From NCBI GenBank assembly GCA_963664195.1, contig OY760907.1:224001-288000 (forward strand): DNA of 64,000 nucleotides, given 5' to 3'. How positions within the stretch are numbered: the first letter of the stretch is position 1; each line of letters starts with the position of its first letter. The stretch comes from an uncultured candidate division Zixibacteria bacterium. GTDB lineage: Bacteria > Zixibacteria > MSB-5A5 > GN15 > FEB-12. Under the pieces are notes generated by a model that had not been told where the DNA came from, made no database searches, and worked only from the letters and a program-made list of their open reading frames with translations. This document shows, piece by piece, positions 18,355 through 28,094 of this stretch. Position numbers and translations under genes: made by a program.

Positions 18355-21300
18355 CTAGGGACAAGACGGGAGCGGACTCAGGCTGATGAACAGATGATCG
18401 ATCAACACCGCCATGTCCCCCATTGTCACGTTGGGCGCGGCATCCGTGTTTGCTTCGCCCAGACAACAAACGGGATCAAGGCTGATGAACAGATGGTCGA
18501 TCAGGGCCGTGAGATCACCCATTGTCACCTGGTCCTCGGGATCACAATCGATATTGCCGACAAACTCACCCATGCAACAGTAGCTGTCGCAGAGATCGCC
18601 GAGACCGTCGCCGTCGAAATCATCCTGATCCGGGTTTGCGTTGGCGGGACAATTGTCGGTATTGTCGAGCACGTAGCCCGTCGGCTGCTCGCACGCGGTC
18701 ACACCTGATTCCGGATCGCCAAAGTTGTCACCATCGGCATCTTCGTACCAGACCGTGCCCGGGTTGATATCGCCGTTGGTGTCATTGCAGTCCGTGCTGT
18801 CAAGGCTGTATCCGATCGGCTGATCGCATTGAGTCATCGTAACCGCCGGAGTACCGTAGCCGTCTTCGTCGAAATCGCGATACCACACGGTCAGGCCGTT
18901 GATATCCCCGTTTGTATCATCACAATCCTCAGCGTTGGCGACATATCCCGTCGGCTGTTCGCACTGCGTCATCGTGACCTCCGGGTTGCCGTAAGTATCA
19001 CCGTCGGAATCTTCGTACCAGACCGTGTTCGGATTAATATCGGCATTGCCGTCGTCGCAATCGCAGGCCGCACCAAACGTATCTCCGTCAACATCGGTCT
19101 GATCCGGATTGTATGCGTTCGGGCAATTGTCAGCATCAGCGCAGTAGCCATCGTTGTCGGCGTCGTTCAGATCATCGTTCGGGCAGACGTCGCACAGATC
19201 GCCAATGTCATCGTCGTCAAGGTCGCCCTGTCCGGGGTTGTATGTCGAGATGCAGTTGTCAATCGAATTGGGTATGCCGTCAGAGTCATCATCCCCCTCG
19301 ACAATGCACTCATACGTGACAACCGCAAAGGCATCAACGCCAGCTTCGACAACCGAGGCATTCAGGAGATCCGAAGCCTCAAAGCGCACTTTCATTTGAT
19401 CGGTTGGCGTCACGTAGTCGGAAGCCCAGAAATCATTAGTGTACCAGCCTCCAGAGACTTCATCTCCGGCAGGTCCTACAGTCTCGACTTCGACCCAGTC
19501 GGTTCCGTTGTTGTTGGAGATATAGACCACGAAAATATCTTCTTCTGGAGAAGCACCGTAGTCGTTGGAGTACCAGCGGGCATACGAAATCAAACCTTCT
19601 ATACCGGCAAGATCAAACGACGGCGATTCAAGCCAAGTAGTACCGTTATCGACGTCGGAGTTCCCTGAGTAGTTGTACGTCACATAGCAGGCCCCGGAAC
19701 CGTCGTAGTCGGTCGGTGGATCGCCACGGTTGCTGAACTCAGGAATGCCGCGCTCCCAGAGACCTTCAGTGACGTCGCCGGTGACCGTCCAGCCCTTGCT
19801 GGTTTCAAAGTCATCCTCGAAGATGGCAACGAGTCCGGTCGCAGGTGCGACTCTGTAGGGGTTGCTCGGTGACGGGTCATACTTGGCACCGGCATACGTT
19901 TCCTCGGCACTGACATAGAATTCGAGATTGTCGTCACAGACCATCGCGGGCAGAGTACCTTCGTAATGGTTGGCGGAAGTCTCCGTCATAGTCTGATTCA
20001 GCCAGGGACCGCCATTGAGCGAGTAATGCACCACACCCGTGTTGGTCACCGGTGTGCCTCCGTTGGCACCGCTGACGATGACCTCAAAAGTGGTTGGCAG
20101 TCCGGGGACGGTCGACTTGGGGACACCATTCGGGTACTCGAACGAAAGCCCCTCCTGACCCTTAATCGCGACAGTCGGATCACCAAAAAGGGTTGTTTCA
20201 TAATAACACCAGCGCATACAGCTCTGGTTGATTCGGTAGAGATTGTCCTCTTTGGAGTCATGATTAGCCCAACCGATTTGTCGCTTCCCCTCGGCCGAGC
20301 TGTAAACGGCATCCCAGAACTGACGGTTGTACCGTTGCGAGGGACCATCGGTCGTGTTTTCCGTACCCCAGCCTTCACGGGCATTCATAATGGCCGCAAA
20401 TGCGCCGTCATTGGACTTGATCGTCAGGTATTCGGCAAAGCAGTCGGTACCGTCAAAGTGACCGGCCAGACAAGCCCCGGAGTAGAGGAAGAAATACTTT
20501 GTGTTGCTCAGGTAGCTTGCAATCTGGCTGGCATACAACTTCAAGGCGTAGTTGTTGTATCCGTGCCCGAGGTGATTGATAATATGCACACCGGAATTGA
20601 TCCGCGAGGTCAACTGCGATGTCGGCCAGTCATTGCCGGGATAGTCCCGGTCATACAGATAGTCAATCGAGTAATCCGCCGACGGGATGCCGACGGTAGT
20701 GTATCCGGAGTTTGAGGAGCCGTCAACCATCTCGTCCATCATATTTCCGGCATAATCGGATACGCCGCCGAATCCCAGATACTCCCCGCACATCAGCACG
20801 TTCTGCAGGTAGGAGTTGGCGGTCTGTAAATAAGCAATCGTCTTGTCGACAAATCGGGTGGCCTCGGTTGCACTGCCCACGGAGGCGCGACCGACAAACA
20901 CTTCGGCCACCAGGTCCGGATTGTCGGCCGGCTCGCCGTTGTAACCATCACCGTCGCTGTTGTAACCGCCGTCGAGACAGGCAAAATAGATGTCGCCCGG
21001 CATGTCAGTAACAATGTCACCGCCGCTCCAGGATTCTACCCAGAGATCGAGCGCGGGGATCAGATTATCATCGCCGCCGATCAGCACATACTCTATTCCC
21101 TCATTGAGGTACTGAGTGCGAATGTAGTCACGGACGTCCGACGGGGCGGAACTGCCCACCTCGGTAATGGTATGGATTTCAGTTGGCATCCCGGTACCGT
21201 CGTGGTAGTCCTTCAACGGCTGGAAGGCGCTGACCATTGTGGCCGCGGTCAGAATCAGGAACTTGTAGCTGCGCGTGCCCGACGAAAGAGCAGCCGGGTA

Positions 21301-21957
21301 TTCGTCCAATTGCTTCGGATTGTCACACTTGGCTTTGACCAGTGCCTCATCCGTGTCAAACCCGCGGAACATGGGAGACACTTCCCCGTTGTCGGAGGTC
21401 GTGACCGTAACGGTCAGACTGGGACAATAAAAGAGTTCGCCGGTGGTGGGCACGTATTGCACGGGGTTCAGTTTGAGAATAAGAATGTCGTAGCCTCGGA
21501 AGGTCTGGACAGTGATCGTCTCCGACTCTCTGTTTGGAAATCTGTCAGCCGACTGATAAATGGCCGCATTTGGGACCGGTGCAGTGATCTCGCCGTTCAT
21601 ATCGGAGAGCTTCCTGGGCGTCGGAGCCGGTTCCACATAGAAGCCGGAACCGATGAGGATACGATCGTCAGTCTCTACCTGAACATCGACAATCTCTGCG
21701 CCCGGTGGCAGCATGATACGCGCCGGGGCAATCGGCAGAGCCGGTTCACCCGCCTGCGCTGAATTCGTCACACCGTTCATCACCACACGATCAAACGTCT
21801 CTCCTGCGATGGTGACCGTCTCGATCCGTGGCCGATCGAATGTGTATTCTGAGGTTATCTGTCCGGCCGATACTGACGCGACAACCAATACGGTGGTCAA
21901 AAGAATCGTCGCTCCCCACTTACCCGCACTAGCAATTGTCCCAACCTTGTGTGTCAT
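18355..21957 (-). CDS. Gingipain-like peptidase C25 with propeptide, jelly-roll domain, TSP3-like and DCDD/WYxDxDxDxYG repeats, C-terminal dockerin-like domain
   Basis: GEPALP propeptide, YVLIGGD, DIYFACLDG, VGRA, catalytic INHLGHG and YSGACLAG, LFGDP; tail MGDLTALIDHLFISL. Confidence 0.93.
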   Translation of the reverse strand: MTHKVGTIASAGKWGATILLTTVLVVASVSAGQITSEYTFDRPRIETVTIAGETFDRVVMNGVTNSAQAGEPALPIAPARIMLPPGAEIVDVQVETDDRILIGSGFYVEPAPTPRKLSDMNGEITAPVPNAAIYQSADRFPNRESETITVQTFRGYDILILKLNPVQYVPTTGELFYCPSLTVTVTTSDNGEVSPMFRGFDTDEALVKAKCDNPKQLDEYPAALSSGTRSYKFLILTAATMVSAFQPLKDYHDGTGMPTEIHTITEVGSSAPSDVRDYIRTQYLNEGIEYVLIGGDDNLIPALDLWVESWSGGDIVTDMPGDIYFACLDGGYNSDGDGYNGEPADNPDLVAEVFVGRASVGSATEATRFVDKTIAYLQTANSYLQNVLMCGEYLGFGGVSDYAGNMMDEMVDGSSNSGYTTVGIPSADYSIDYLYDRDYPGNDWPTSQLTSRINSGVHIINHLGHGYNNYALKLYASQIASYLSNTKYFFLYSGACLAGHFDGTDCFAEYLTIKSNDGAFAAIMNAREGWGTENTTDGPSQRYNRQFWDAVYSSAEGKRQIGWANHDSKEDNLYRINQSCMRWCYYETTLFGDPTVAIKGQEGLSFEYPNGVPKSTVPGLPTTFEVIVSGANGGTPVTNTGVVHYSLNGGPWLNQTMTETSANHYEGTLPAMVCDDNLEFYVSAEETYAGAKYDPSPSNPYRVAPATGLVAIFEDDFETSKGWTVTGDVTEGLWERGIPEFSNRGDPPTDYDGSGACYVTYNYSGNSDVDNGTTWLESPSFDLAGIEGLISYARWYSNDYGASPEEDIFVVYISNNNGTDWVEVETVGPAGDEVSGGWYTNDFWASDYVTPTDQMKVRFEASDLLNASVVEAGVDAFAVVTYECIVEGDDDSDGIPNSIDNCISTYNPGQGDLDDDDIGDLCDVCPNDDLNDADNDGYCADADNCPNAYNPDQTDVDGDTFGAACDCDDGNADINPNTVWYEDSDGDTYGNPEVTMTQCEQPTGYVANAEDCDDTNGDINGLTVWYRDFDEDGYGTPAVTMTQCDQPIGYSLDSTDCNDTNGDINPGTVWYEDADGDNFGDPESGVTACEQPTGYVLDNTDNCPANANPDQDDFDGDGLGDLCDSYCCMGEFVGNIDCDPEDQVTMGDLTALIDHLFISLDPVCCLGEANTDAAPNVTMGDMAVLIDHLFISLSPLPSCP

Positions 21958-22220
21958 AGTGTTCTACCTGAATCTGGAGATCCGGTCCTATCCTTCATAA
22001 GTGCGTGAATTGTCCAGCGTGCTTTTCCCAAAACCTGCCATGTTGCTTCCAAACGGATGATTGTCTGAACGCTGTGGCCGTCCCAACAACCTCCATAATT
22101 CCCTACTGCATCAATACCGGTGGGTGCATGATGCCGATGACGCAGAAATTGCAGCCATTCAAGAGGTCAATCAGGCCTGCGGGCGGCACAGTCAATGTGA
22201 GGTAACTGGGCGGTCATAAT

Positions 22221-22249
22221 AGTATAGCCGCCAAAGCCGTTTTTGTCAA
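22221..22249 (-). promoter_or_regulatory. sigma70 promoter of the C25 peptidase gene
   Basis: Minus strand TTGACA-N17-TATACT. Confidence 0.75.
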
Positions 22250-22453
22250 GATGAACCCCATGAGGGCCTTGTACCACCTCACTCGCGCCGCCGACCAGAC
22301 CGAGCTTTCCCCTTAGATATGATTATCGACGGATTCCGCAGGACTTGAGTAGCTGGCGGCTGACACCCCGGTCTGAAATCGACAGTCCTTTCGACGCGGC
22401 ACTCCGGAGGCGGACGATTGCTGTCCCCGGAACGCCGAATGAGAGAGACAAGA

Positions 22454-23068
22454 TCAGATGATTGTCACCTTCTTCACCTTATCAAGAGCCGCTGATTGAC
22501 GTTCATCACCGTTTCTCTCGCCGATCCGCCATCCGTTCTTGAAGGCCAGAGCTGGCTTTTGCACGGTTACGGTCTCATCACCGTCCTCGTTGCCTGTCGT
22601 CTGCAACTGTACCGGCTTATTGCACTTCAACGCGGCCTGAATGAGAACCGTTGACAGAACGTCTGAACACTCCTGCGACCGCGCACCGTCGTCAAAAACA
22701 TCTCGGCTGATTTCAAGTATCTCCCCGACCGGCTGACTCTGACGCAAGAGCACTTTGACAAGAAGTTTTTCGATCTCTTCCCGGTAATCCTCGTTCACTC
22801 GCAGCTCGAGGAGTCTGAGGGCAGAGGAGATAATCACGGCCTCGCTTAGACCGAGATCCGCAACCTCGACAACATTATGCCTGGTGAGCGTGTAGGAGCG
22901 ACGCTCCTTATCAAAGTAGACCGGAATGTTGGCCTCAGAAATGGTGTTCAGATAGCGATAAGCCGTCCTCTCGGAAATCTTGCAGGCCGACTGAATCGTA
23001 TCCATCGTCACGTACTGGCGGTGATTCAGCACGCTGATGATCTGCAGTATCTTTTGTGTTTTGCTCAT
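22454..23068 (-). CDS. HTH_11 plus degenerate WYL-domain transcriptional regulator (YafY/PafBC-like, no WCX domain)
   Basis: TMDTIQSACKISERTAYRYLNTISEANIPV HTH; C-terminal AALKCNKPVQL..KPALAFKNGWRIG..RQSAALDKVKKV follows the WYL pattern. Confidence 0.8.
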   Translation of the reverse strand: MSKTQKILQIISVLNHRQYVTMDTIQSACKISERTAYRYLNTISEANIPVYFDKERRSYTLTRHNVVEVADLGLSEAVIISSALRLLELRVNEDYREEIEKLLVKVLLRQSQPVGEILEISRDVFDDGARSQECSDVLSTVLIQAALKCNKPVQLQTTGNEDGDETVTVQKPALAFKNGWRIGERNGDERQSAALDKVKKVTII

Positions 23069-23095
23069 GTTTGCAGCTAGACTCTTTGTGAGGGC

Positions 23096-23113
23096 GGGGG
23101 CCTTAAGGCCCCC
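23096..23113. other. GC hairpin between the micropeptide gene and the WYL gene
   Basis: GGGGGCC-TTAA-GGCCCCC with no U-tract on the minus strand. Confidence 0.55.
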
Positions 23114-23134
23114 ACTCCCCCCGGTTAGTGTATA

Positions 23135-23392
23135 TTATATCACATAGGTAAGCAAAAACCAAGCTTGCCATGCCATTTGTTCTTCGGGTGTGAGTCCCCC
23201 GGGCATCTCCGGTGCAGCACCGGAGCCGCCGAGAATGTCCGGCAGCGTGTCGCCCGTAGGCGGGTTTGGCTCCGTGCCGCCGCCGCCGTCAGCCAGGACA
23301 TCAGTGGGGGTTACCACACTGCCTGCAAAGGCAGCGACTACAATTGCCAGGCCATAGCCGATCAGCATCAACAAAATCCTGTTGTCTCTCAT
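23135..23392 (-). CDS. Small secreted peptide (85 aa): signal peptide, Gly/Pro/acidic core, hydrophobic C-terminal tail
   Basis: GGAGG RBS before ATG at 23392; MRDNRILLMLIG...VLA|DGGGGTEPNPP...MAWQAWFLLTYVI. Confidence 0.8.
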   Translation of the reverse strand: MRDNRILLMLIGYGLAIVVAAFAGSVVTPTDVLADGGGGTEPNPPTGDTLPDILGGSGAAPEMPGGLTPEEQMAWQAWFLLTYVI

Positions 23393-23439
23393 AGTATCCT
23401 CCATGAACGTTTAGGTTTCTTGCTACGGAAGGACTGGAT

Positions 23440-23455
23440 TACAAGAGGGATGCCA
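23440..23455 (-). promoter_or_regulatory. sigma54 (-24/-12) promoter of the micropeptide/WYL genes
   Basis: Minus strand TGGCATCCCTCTTGTA (GG-N10-GT), immediately downstream of a sigma54 activator gene. Confidence 0.65.
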
Positions 23456-23656
23456 GACGCCTGAGCGTCGCCGCGCCGCACCGTAAGGCGGTGCCACGCA
23501 ACTACATACGTCAACGCGCGGAGAATTCGGGCAGGGGGGGCGAGTTATTTTCGTGTGTCACGACGGATACTCGAAAACGTAACTCGTTCTAGTATACGAT
23601 TTTGCGATTTACCGCTCAGGAATCAACGAGCGGCAAGACGGTAAGATCCAGGGGGG

Positions 23657-26600
23657 CTAGAGACTTCTTTTGATGCCGTGTTTTTCGATTCTTCTTCGAA
23701 GCGTCCCCAAAGACATTCTGAGCTTGCGTGCAGCGGCAGATTGATTCCAGCCGGTCTCTTCGAGAGCACTGCGAATTCGAGCGGCTTCGGCAGCATCGGC
23801 GGCTGACGAAACGTCTTTTGCGTTCAAGAGGTGTCGAAACTCGGTAGGAAGCGAATCCGGGGTGATAGTCTTTCCGGCATGAAGGATTCTGCATCGCTCG
23901 ACGAAGTTTTTGAGTTGGCGCACATTGCCCGGCCAGTTGTAACGTGTGAGCACGTCGATTGCGCCACCGGAGAACTTCGGCGCGTCGGTCCCGGTGCAGA
24001 GGAGTTGAACGAAATGCTCTATGAGAAGCGGCACATCGCCTGGGCGATTGCGAAGCGGGGGAATCTCAATCTCTATGGTGCTGATACGGTAGTACAGATC
24101 CTCGCGGAAGGTACGATCCTTCATCATCTGCTGAATATCCCTGTTCGTGGCAAAGACGAATCTGATGTCCGTATGAACGGTGCGATTGCTCCCTACCCGC
24201 TCAAAGGACTGGTTCTCGACGGCCCTTAAGACTTTCGCTTGAACGTCAAGCGGCATGTCACCGACCTCGTCGAGACAGAGAGTTCCGCCGTCCGCCAGGG
24301 AGAACTTGCCGTCTCGCTCACGCACGCCGGTTGCAGTCTTGTCGGCGATGCCAAAAAGCTCGCTTTCGACCAATGTCTCGGCAATTGCGGCGCAGTTAAG
24401 CTTGACGAGAGGCCTGTCGTTTCTAAGACTCTGGTCATGGATTTGCTGAGAGAGAATCTCCTTGCCGGTGCCGCTTTCCCCAAGAAGGAGCACTGTCGCG
24501 CTGCTGCGCGCCACACGAGAGAGTTTGCCCAAAAGATCGGTCATCACGGGGTCCTGAGTAATGAACGCACCGGTTCTGCCGGTTTCCGCCAGCTCATACT
24601 GTAACTGCAGGTTTTTGAGCCCGGTGGTCCGGTGGTCCTGCATGGCAGCAAGCGCTATAGAGATAAAATTGGCAATGGAATCTATGTAGCTGATATCGGC
24701 CCTGCTGAAGAGCGCCGGTATCGTATGATGATCAAGATACAACGCCCCCAGCGACTCCTCGCCGTCGATCAGCGGTACACACACAACAGACATGATATTG
24801 TGATACACGATGCTCTTGTAATCTCTTGTGCGTTTGTCCGACACGGCGTCGTCTACGATCATCGGTGACAGTTCCGCGAGGGACATCCGGGGAATGCTAC
24901 TGCTGAAATCCTGGATATCAACGAGTGAGTCATCATCGCAGTTGACGGAGGCCACTACGCGAAGATCAGATGTATCCCGTGCCTTGAGCAGGAGCACGCC
25001 TCTCTCGGCCCCGGTCTGCTCCACGGCAAACTGCACCAGACTTCGCATCGACCCGCGATAGTCTCCAATATCCCTGAGAATCTCGGAGACACCACGGAAG
25101 GATTCAATCAGTCTGGAGTGATCCTCTGTCCTGCTTGCCAGCTTCTCGAATTCTTTCTTGATTAAGTCGGCCTGTGTTTGATTGTCAAGCGCTTCGGCCA
25201 ATCGCAACGCCTGCTGAAGAAATTTGCGGGCCACTGTCGATTGCGATGCCTCCTCGTACATTCGTGCCAGCTTCCGGGCCACCAGCATGGCCTGAAATCT
25301 GAAACCGGCGTTGAGCAGTAAAGTGAATACTCGTTTCCAGACAACCGCCGGGATTGCCTCCGTTTTGGGGTTCTGCTCGATGAAATCAAGCAACACAGCC
25401 ACGGCGTAGAAAAGCGGCGGGCCGGTCTGTTCGATGACCGCTCGAATAGCCTCACCTTGTTCCATTACCAGATCTCGAGGAATATCGTTGGACAAAAGCA
25501 GATCGAAGAAGAAGGACCGCACTGCGAAATAGCGGCACCTGCAGTCCATGAGTCTGCCGGTCAATTCGCCGGTGGCAGTTTCCTCGCACAGCCCCCCGTT
25601 TGTCGCCTCGTTGAGATACGCGAGAAGGTCGATTTCTGTCATTGATCCTTTGTCGCCGGCAGACATGAACAGTCTTCGTGCGGCATCTGCCTGAAACACA
25701 CAATCCGCCATACGCCCGGTCCTCAGGGCCAGGTCGGCAAGATTCGCGCGGAAATAGCCCTGGTCCTTGGTCGCCACAGAGTTCTCCCCTAGTTCGAGAG
25801 CAGTGTTCAGACTCTCGCGGGCTTCGTTCATCATGCCCTGGTGCAGCCACAGGAAGGCCTGCCCGCCGCTAACAACCGCCAAATCAGATCGACTGCCAGC
25901 CTGCAGAGTCAGGTCTTGCATCCTTTGTAACCAATACTCGGCCTTTGAATACTCCCCTAATCGCGTAAGGGCACTGGAGAGAATACTCTGCAAGTAAAGC
26001 AGAAAGCGAATGTGTTCATCGCCCACACAAAGTTTCACTCCCAGTTTGGCGAACTCAATAGACTTCCCATAGTCTGCAACATAGAAATAGATCGCACTGA
26101 GTAGACAATAGGCGTGGACCGCACGATCTGGCAAATCGTATTTCTCGGCCCTATCAAGGCACTCGAGCAGCAACTTCTCCGCCTCGGCAGTCTCGCTACT
26201 CCTCCAATGGAGTCCGGCTATGTTGTATTTGGTTCTGATTGCCAGATCGTGATACCTGTTTCCAGTGGCCTCTTCCAGAACCTCCTCGTACTTCTTGCGA
26301 GCTTCCTCCTTCTGTCCTGCAATCTTGAGCGCCCATCCCTCGTTTCTTCGAAGGTCTACGCCAACCTCATCTGTCCGCTCCAGATATCCTTCAGTCATGC
26401 CGATGTCGAGCAGTCCCTTAACGCGCTCCGGGCGGAATAAGGTAACATTGGCCTCTACCAACTCCGCCAGCAGTTCTGCAAAGTCGGCTCCGGCAGCCTG
26501 TCGAATCTCCAGAAGCCGACTCAAATGGTCGTCAACTTCTACAAACCGATTCATGGCCCGGGCCAGCTCGCTGAGTCTTCTCAGAACTGTCTCTTCATGT

Positions 26601-27790
26601 CCCACGTCAATCAGCCTCTGACATTCACTCTTCAGAGTCAAGTATGCCTGCTCGGGACAATTCTGTTCCTTCAGGCCACGAACAAAAGTCAGGGTTGCTT
26701 CCAGAGGAGCCTCGGAAGAGAGTTGATCTGTCCCCGTAGCTTCGGCCAACAAGTTGTAGATGGCCAGAGTTTTGTCATCGCTAAGAGAAAGCCGCCAATA
26801 GTCTGCCTCACGGCTCACCGTGGCGGACTCCAGAAGTATCTCGAACACGTGAAAACCAACCGCTCGGCTTTCAGCCTGCACGGCAGCTATCCCCCTGATC
26901 ATCTCGTCACGGAGCCCCATGATCGAATTCGTCGTTCGCAGGAATTTGGTCAGTCCTTTCGCGGTCGCCAAGTCTTCTTTTGACGTAAACCGATAGCGAG
27001 ACAACAGTACCGCGGCCAGCACGTTCTTATGCTCGACGGCTGCAACTTCAGACCCTTCCGGAAAGAAGCGCCCCAGAGTGCTAACGAGAGATCGTGGTCG
27101 ACGAAGATAATCGTTCTGAGTCAGATCCTCAATCAGAGAACTCATGGCATCTCGACGTTGAGCGCCCACCTCACCGCTGGCCTCTTCCAGATAGTGCTTC
27201 AGCGACACGCCCAGCGAGTAGTTGTCCGATTGAACCACGATACGATCGTTTTCGGTGATTTCCGGCGCAACATGCTCCGGCGTACCAAAAATCTTCCCCT
27301 TCGGACTTGTCTTTGCGCGACTCAGGAAGTCCATGTCGATCATGACCACTTCGGGGATATCACCGGTTCTGTCAAACAGGAAGTTGCTGAGTTTGAGATC
27401 GCAGTGGACATACCCCAGCACATGAAGATAATCCGTAATACGGCATATTTGCTTGAACACGGAATCGAAGTATTTCCAGAATAGCGCGGGAGTCAACTCA
27501 GTCCACACCTCAGGATCAAGCCAGGGATACTCGACAATCAATCGGCCGCGTTCGGTGCGTCGACGGCGCGCCGTGATCACACTGTGCGAGCGAAGCGCGG
27601 TCTGCATGCGATAGGATTCGACAAGTAGAGACTTCGGATGTTCCTGATCCACCGAGGGATCGTCACTGGTGGTCTTCAGCAAACAGGGTTCATCACCGTC
27701 AAGACGTCGTCCGGCCCAGGTCCGGCACAGATTGTTCTCGGATATGTGTCTATCAAAGGAATAGAACTGAGATGTTGGTGTGCCTGCCAT
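23657..27790 (-). CDS. Ser/Thr kinase-like - TPR - GAF - sigma54 AAA+ - Fis HTH fusion activator
   Basis: HCDLKLSNFL, FGTPEHVAPE, SDNYSLG; long TPR-like helical region; GAF (AERGVLLL..SVVCVPL..GALYLD); GESGTGKE, LDEVGDM, FREDLYYR, WPGNVRQL, WNQSAAARKLRM. Confidence 0.92.
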   Translation of the reverse strand: MAGTPTSQFYSFDRHISENNLCRTWAGRRLDGDEPCLLKTTSDDPSVDQEHPKSLLVESYRMQTALRSHSVITARRRRTERGRLIVEYPWLDPEVWTELTPALFWKYFDSVFKQICRITDYLHVLGYVHCDLKLSNFLFDRTGDIPEVVMIDMDFLSRAKTSPKGKIFGTPEHVAPEITENDRIVVQSDNYSLGVSLKHYLEEASGEVGAQRRDAMSSLIEDLTQNDYLRRPRSLVSTLGRFFPEGSEVAAVEHKNVLAAVLLSRYRFTSKEDLATAKGLTKFLRTTNSIMGLRDEMIRGIAAVQAESRAVGFHVFEILLESATVSREADYWRLSLSDDKTLAIYNLLAEATGTDQLSSEAPLEATLTFVRGLKEQNCPEQAYLTLKSECQRLIDVGHEETVLRRLSELARAMNRFVEVDDHLSRLLEIRQAAGADFAELLAELVEANVTLFRPERVKGLLDIGMTEGYLERTDEVGVDLRRNEGWALKIAGQKEEARKKYEEVLEEATGNRYHDLAIRTKYNIAGLHWRSSETAEAEKLLLECLDRAEKYDLPDRAVHAYCLLSAIYFYVADYGKSIEFAKLGVKLCVGDEHIRFLLYLQSILSSALTRLGEYSKAEYWLQRMQDLTLQAGSRSDLAVVSGGQAFLWLHQGMMNEARESLNTALELGENSVATKDQGYFRANLADLALRTGRMADCVFQADAARRLFMSAGDKGSMTEIDLLAYLNEATNGGLCEETATGELTGRLMDCRCRYFAVRSFFFDLLLSNDIPRDLVMEQGEAIRAVIEQTGPPLFYAVAVLLDFIEQNPKTEAIPAVVWKRVFTLLLNAGFRFQAMLVARKLARMYEEASQSTVARKFLQQALRLAEALDNQTQADLIKKEFEKLASRTEDHSRLIESFRGVSEILRDIGDYRGSMRSLVQFAVEQTGAERGVLLLKARDTSDLRVVASVNCDDDSLVDIQDFSSSIPRMSLAELSPMIVDDAVSDKRTRDYKSIVYHNIMSVVCVPLIDGEESLGALYLDHHTIPALFSRADISYIDSIANFISIALAAMQDHRTTGLKNLQLQYELAETGRTGAFITQDPVMTDLLGKLSRVARSSATVLLLGESGTGKEILSQQIHDQSLRNDRPLVKLNCAAIAETLVESELFGIADKTATGVRERDGKFSLADGGTLCLDEVGDMPLDVQAKVLRAVENQSFERVGSNRTVHTDIRFVFATNRDIQQMMKDRTFREDLYYRISTIEIEIPPLRNRPGDVPLLIEHFVQLLCTGTDAPKFSGGAIDVLTRYNWPGNVRQLKNFVERCRILHAGKTITPDSLPTEFRHLLNAKDVSSAADAAEAARIRSALEETGWNQSAAARKLRMSLGTLRRRIEKHGIKRSL

Positions 27791-28094
27791 AATCGATCCG
27801 TCTTAGCTCCCCGGTCGCCGTGAAGTCCCATTATTCTCTCCGCCACCTGTCCGTACAGTAATATAACCATGTTATCCGGGTCGCGAAACCCAAAAAAACT
27901 GCGTTTGACACGGTTCACACACGAATTTGATGATGGGAGTTGAAAAGAGGAGGCCGGGACAAGCTGTGGTAGAGGGGGGGAGAAACTACCAGCTTGACGC
28001 CTGCCCCAGTCCTCGTTCCATCAATCTATGGTGCCGGTTGATCAGACACAATCAGATAGCCGAGTCTCGCCTTTTCCATGCCCCATATCTGTGC

